The position numbers and the translations under genes were made by a program. DNA of 61,859 nt, filler included. It is 4 parts of 4 records of this genome, joined end to end, with 100 filler letters (N's around TTAATTAATTAA, not from the genome) between each part and the next. Parts side by side here need not be neighbours in the genome. Positions count along the whole stretch, not along the records: positions 53,163 to 61,859 come from DRR723986_2362; 3 more parts are not named here. The stretch is one strand, 5' to 3'. Positions 58,715-61,859 of this stretch are shown in pieces. Below the pieces are notes generated by a model. That model had not been told where the DNA came from. It saw only the letters and a program-made list of their open reading frames with translations, and did no database searches. The stretch's first letter is position 1, and each line of letters opens with the position of its first letter.

Positions 58715-59605
58715 TTAAAGCTCGCCCTTCAGGTCTTTCATCACGCCGGAGAAGTCGAGCCCGGCATGGCCGCGCGCGTCGAGGTCGCCATAGACCTTCT
58801 CCGCCATCTCGCCGAGCGTGATCTTCGCGCCCGCCGCCACAGCGGCCTCATGCGCGAGTTTCAGATCCTTCAGCATCATCGCAACGGCAAAGCCCGGCTG
58901 GTAATCCCGGTTCGCGGGCGAGGTCGGCACCGGCCCCGGCGCCGGGCAATAGGAGGTCATGCTCCAGCACTGACCGGACGAAACCGAGGAGATGTTGAAG
59001 AAAGTCTGCGCGTCGAGGCCCAGCTTCTCGGCCAGGTTAAACGCCTCGCACGTGCCGATCATGGAGATGCCGAGCAGCATGTTGTTGGCGATCTTCGCCG
59101 CCTGCCCGTTCCCGCTGCCACCGGCATGGAAGATGTTCTTGCCCATCGCCTCAAGGATCAGCTTTGCCTTGGCGAAGGCCTCATCCGGGCCGCCTGCCAT
59201 GAAGGTCAGCGTGCCCGCGTCCGCTGCAGCCGTCCCGCCGGAGACCGGCGCGTCGACCATCAGGAACCCGCCCGCCTCGGCCTGCTTCGCCGCTTCGCGT
59301 GCATCCTCGACCGCGATGGTAGAGCAGTCGATGAACAGCATGCCCGACTTCGCATTCGCCGCGACGCCGTTGTCCCCGAAATAGACCGACAGGACATGCT
59401 TGCCCGCGGGCAACATGGTGACGACCACCTCGGCCGCCTTCACGGCATCCGCCAGCGTCAGCGCAGGCAGTGCGCCATGCGCCGCCGCATCCTGCACGGC
59501 CTTTTCGTTCAGGTCGAAGGCGTGCACCTCATGCCCGGCATTGCAGAGATTGGCACACATGCCAGAGCCCATATTGCCGAGCCCGATGAATGCGATCTTG
59601 GCCAT
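58715..59605 (-). CDS. mmsB: 3-hydroxyisobutyrate dehydrogenase
   Basis: FIGLGNMG, DAPVSGG, AAKIANNMLL, SSGQCWS..YCPAPG. Confidence 0.93.
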   Translation of the reverse strand: MAKIAFIGLGNMGSGMCANLCNAGHEVHAFDLNEKAVQDAAAHGALPALTLADAVKAAEVVVTMLPAGKHVLSVYFGDNGVAANAKSGMLFIDCSTIAVEDAREAAKQAEAGGFLMVDAPVSGGTAAADAGTLTFMAGGPDEAFAKAKLILEAMGKNIFHAGGSGNGQAAKIANNMLLGISMIGTCEAFNLAEKLGLDAQTFFNISSVSSGQCWSMTSYCPAPGPVPTSPANRDYQPGFAVAMMLKDLKLAHEAAVAAGAKITLGEMAEKVYGDLDARGHAGLDFSGVMKDLKGEL

Positions 59606-59629
59606 GACGGCCTCCTTTGACGTGTGTTC

Positions 59630-60412
59630 TTACTTGTCCTTGAAGTCGGGCGCGCGCTTGTCGACGAACGCGCCCATGCCTTCCTTCTGGTCGGCAGTGC
59701 CGAACAGGCCCTGGAACAGGCGGCGTTCGAACTTCACGCCCTCGGCGGTGGAAACTTCCAGCGCCCGACCCACCATTTCCTTCGCCGCCATCAGCGACGG
59801 AATGGAGTAGCCGGCAATTTCCTTCGCCGCTTCCATGGCCGTGTCCATCAGCTTGTCGTGTTCCACCACGCGGGAGACGAGGCCGATCCGGTCGGCTTCG
59901 GCGGCGTCGATCATGCGGCCGGTCAGAACCATGTCCATAGCCTTCGCCTTGCCGACGGCTTTCGTCAGGCGGATCGAGCCGCCCATGCCAGGCGTGACGC
60001 CCAGCTTGATTTCCGGCTGGCCGAACTTCGCCTTTTCGGACGCGATGATCAGGTCGCACATCATAGCCAGTTCACAGCCGCCGCCGAGGGCAAAGCCGTT
60101 CACCGCCGCGATCACCGGCTTGCGGCAGGCCGCGAACCTGTCCCACAGGCCGAAGAAATCATCGACATACATGTCGGAGAAGCTCTGCGGCTGCATCTCC
60201 TTGATGTCGGCGCCCGCCGCAAAGGCCCGGCCCTCCCCCGTCAGTACACTGACGGCAATGTCCTTGTTGCGGTCGATCTCGCCGAAGACATGCGCCACTT
60301 CGCTCATGACTTCCTGGTTCAGCGCATTCAGGCTCTCCGGCCGATTGATCGTGACCAGCGCGATGCGGTCAGAATGTTCGAAAGTGATCGTGTCGTAGGT
60401 CATCATTGGCAT
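59630..60412 (-). CDS. Enoyl-CoA hydratase
   Basis: AFAAGADIKEM, ALGGGCELAMMCD, FGQPEIKLG. Confidence 0.93.
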   Translation of the reverse strand: MPMMTYDTITFEHSDRIALVTINRPESLNALNQEVMSEVAHVFGEIDRNKDIAVSVLTGEGRAFAAGADIKEMQPQSFSDMYVDDFFGLWDRFAACRKPVIAAVNGFALGGGCELAMMCDLIIASEKAKFGQPEIKLGVTPGMGGSIRLTKAVGKAKAMDMVLTGRMIDAAEADRIGLVSRVVEHDKLMDTAMEAAKEIAGYSIPSLMAAKEMVGRALEVSTAEGVKFERRLFQGLFGTADQKEGMGAFVDKRAPDFKDK

Positions 60413-60452
60413 CTCATTGTTTTGGTATCTCGGACTCGCTCCAAAGTGAGCA

Positions 60453-60806
60453 TCATTCTTGAGGATACGGCTCGTAGGTCAAAACCTTGTCTTCACAAGA
60501 GAAGTGGTACACCCGATCGCCGACCAACAAAGGCCCCCTCTGCAAAGAAAAGATCATGACTGTCGCCTCACCATCCTGGAGAGAGACTGTGACATTACGA
60601 TTGAAATTGGCTCGATGTGGAAACTCGATTTTCAAAGACTCTATTTCGCTTTCAAGGACTCCAGACAAATCGGCCAGGCATTGGACATCCCAGTTCGAAC
60701 TGGTCAGGGTTTCCGACTGTGCGGTCCCGGCGCCCTCACCATACGCAGCGAAGGAGGGAACAGTCAGAAGCAGAACTGTCAGAGTTGCTGCAATCCTTAG
60801 AGCCAA
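60453..60806 (-). CDS. Hypothetical small exported protein
   Basis: TTG start 5 nt after the mmsA stop, signal peptide (LRIAATLTVLLLTVPSFA), two Cys; lower GC than its neighbours. Confidence 0.55.
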   Translation of the reverse strand: MALRIAATLTVLLLTVPSFAAYGEGAGTAQSETLTSSNWDVQCLADLSGVLESEIESLKIEFPHRANFNRNVTVSLQDGEATVMIFSLQRGPLLVGDRVYHFSCEDKVLTYEPYPQE

Positions 60807-60811
60807 TTGCC

Positions 60812-61859
60812 TTACCCCATCGTCGGAATGATGAAGGCCTGATCGCCGATGTCGCCTTCCGGCCAGCGCTGGGTGATCGTTTTGATCTTCGTCCAGAACC
60901 GCACGCCTTCCGGGCCATGCTGGTTCGTATCGCCGAAGGCCGAGCGCTTCCAGCCCCCGAACGTGTGATAGGAAACCGGAACCGGGATCGGCACGTTCAC
61001 GCCGACCATGCCGACATTTACCTGCGCCGCAAATTCGCGCGCCGCGCGGCCGTTCGAGGTGAAGATCGCGCAGCCATTGCCATACTGGTGATTGGAGGGC
61101 AGCGCCGCGGCCTCTTCCAGCGACTCCGCGCGTACCACCTGCAGCACCGGCCCGAAGATCTCTTCCTTGTAGGACTGCATGTGCGGCTTCACATTGTCGA
61201 ACAGGTTCGGCCCGATGAAATATCCGCCCTCGGCGCCCTGCATGGTGAGACCCCGGCCATCCAGCAAGAGGTCTGCCCCCTCGTCCACACCCATCTGGAT
61301 GTAGCTTTCCACTTTGGCCTTATGAGCGGCAGAAACGACCGGGCCATAATGCGCGTCCGGGTCTGTCGAGACACCGACCTTCAGCGCCTTGGCGGCGTCC
61401 AGCATGCGCTCGACGAACTCGTCGCCCGTCTTCTTGCCGACCGTCACCGCGACCGGCAGCGCCATGCAGCGTTCCCCGGCCGAGCCATAGGCTGCGCCGA
61501 CGATGTCCTTCACCGCCTGTTCCATATTCGCGTCCGGCATGATGATGCCGTGGTTCTTCGCCCCGCCCATGGCCTGCACGCGCTTTCCGTGCGCCGTGCC
61601 GGTCGCGTAGACATATTGTGCGATGTCGGACGATCCGACGAAGCTGACGGCCTTGATCTCCGGATGTTTGAGGATGGCATCCACCGCCACCTTGTCACCG
61701 TTCACTACGTTCAGCACGCCTTCCGGCGCCCCAGCTTCCAGCAGCAGCTCGGCCAGGCGCATCGGCACCGACGGATCTTTTTCCGACGGCTTCAGGATGA
61801 AGGTGTTGCCGCAGGCAATGGCTACGGCGGCCATCCAGCACGGGATCATGGCGGGGAAG
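60812..61859 (-). CDS. mmsA: CoA-acylating methylmalonate-semialdehyde dehydrogenase, 5'-truncated by the window edge
   Basis: FPAMIP, LKPSEKDP, MGGAKNH, catalytic GSAGERCMA, EEIFGPV, GVNVPIPVP. Confidence 0.95.
   Translation of the reverse strand, partial: FPAMIPCWMAAVAIACGNTFILKPSEKDPSVPMRLAELLLEAGAPEGVLNVVNGDKVAVDAILKHPEIKAVSFVGSSDIAQYVYATGTAHGKRVQAMGGAKNHGIIMPDANMEQAVKDIVGAAYGSAGERCMALPVAVTVGKKTGDEFVERMLDAAKALKVGVSTDPDAHYGPVVSAAHKAKVESYIQMGVDEGADLLLDGRGLTMQGAEGGYFIGPNLFDNVKPHMQSYKEEIFGPVLQVVRAESLEEAAALPSNHQYGNGCAIFTSNGRAAREFAAQVNVGMVGVNVPIPVPVSYHTFGGWKRSAFGDTNQHGPEGVRFWTKIKTITQRWPEGDIGDQAFIIPTMG

Overview
The window is not one locus. It holds four alphaproteobacterial contigs joined by artificial 100-nt linkers (N44-TTAATTAATTAA-N44 at 29568-29667, 35880-35979 and 53063-53162). 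The contigs differ visibly in GC and codon style, so they probably come from different genomes. Contig 1 (1-29567, mid GC) carries the conserved backbone dapA-smpB / udg-NYN / folK-rpoZ-spoT-pyrE-pdxJ-rnc-era-recO-parC. Inserted after smpB is an AT-rich five-gene cassette resembling the mycobacterial polyprenyl-phospho-arabinofuranose pathway (HAD-UbiA fusion, GtrA, DprE1-like, DprE2-like, AftB-like GT-C), followed by a TonB-dependent receptor. The contig ends with mscS, a VOC protein, tandem membrane thioredoxins and a TRAP transporter. Contig 2 (29668-35879) has a tRNA-Pro 3' half, a 1188-aa RTX/Ig-like/DUF4214 surface protein, a motif-rich intergenic region (NrdR, DnaA and CtrA-like sites) and a truncated nrdJ. 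Contig 3 (35980-53062, high GC) has a two-component system divergent from an AfuABC-like ABC transporter with two binding proteins and an inositol-monophosphatase-family gene, then GlxA/MBL hydrolase, Gfo/Idh/MocA, ppk2, TetR and a truncated methylcrotonyl-CoA carboxylase beta subunit. Contig 4 (53163-61859, high GC) has a partial tRNA-Arg(TCT), an RND pump, a ROK kinase and a valine-catabolism (mms) operon with an inserted orphan gene. The best leads are the pentofuranosylation cassette, the putative sugar-phosphate sense-import-dephosphorylate module, and an NrdR box plus DnaA box upstream of parC. I found no CRISPR array, integrase or transposase. All family calls are from motif recognition by eye; no database search was run.
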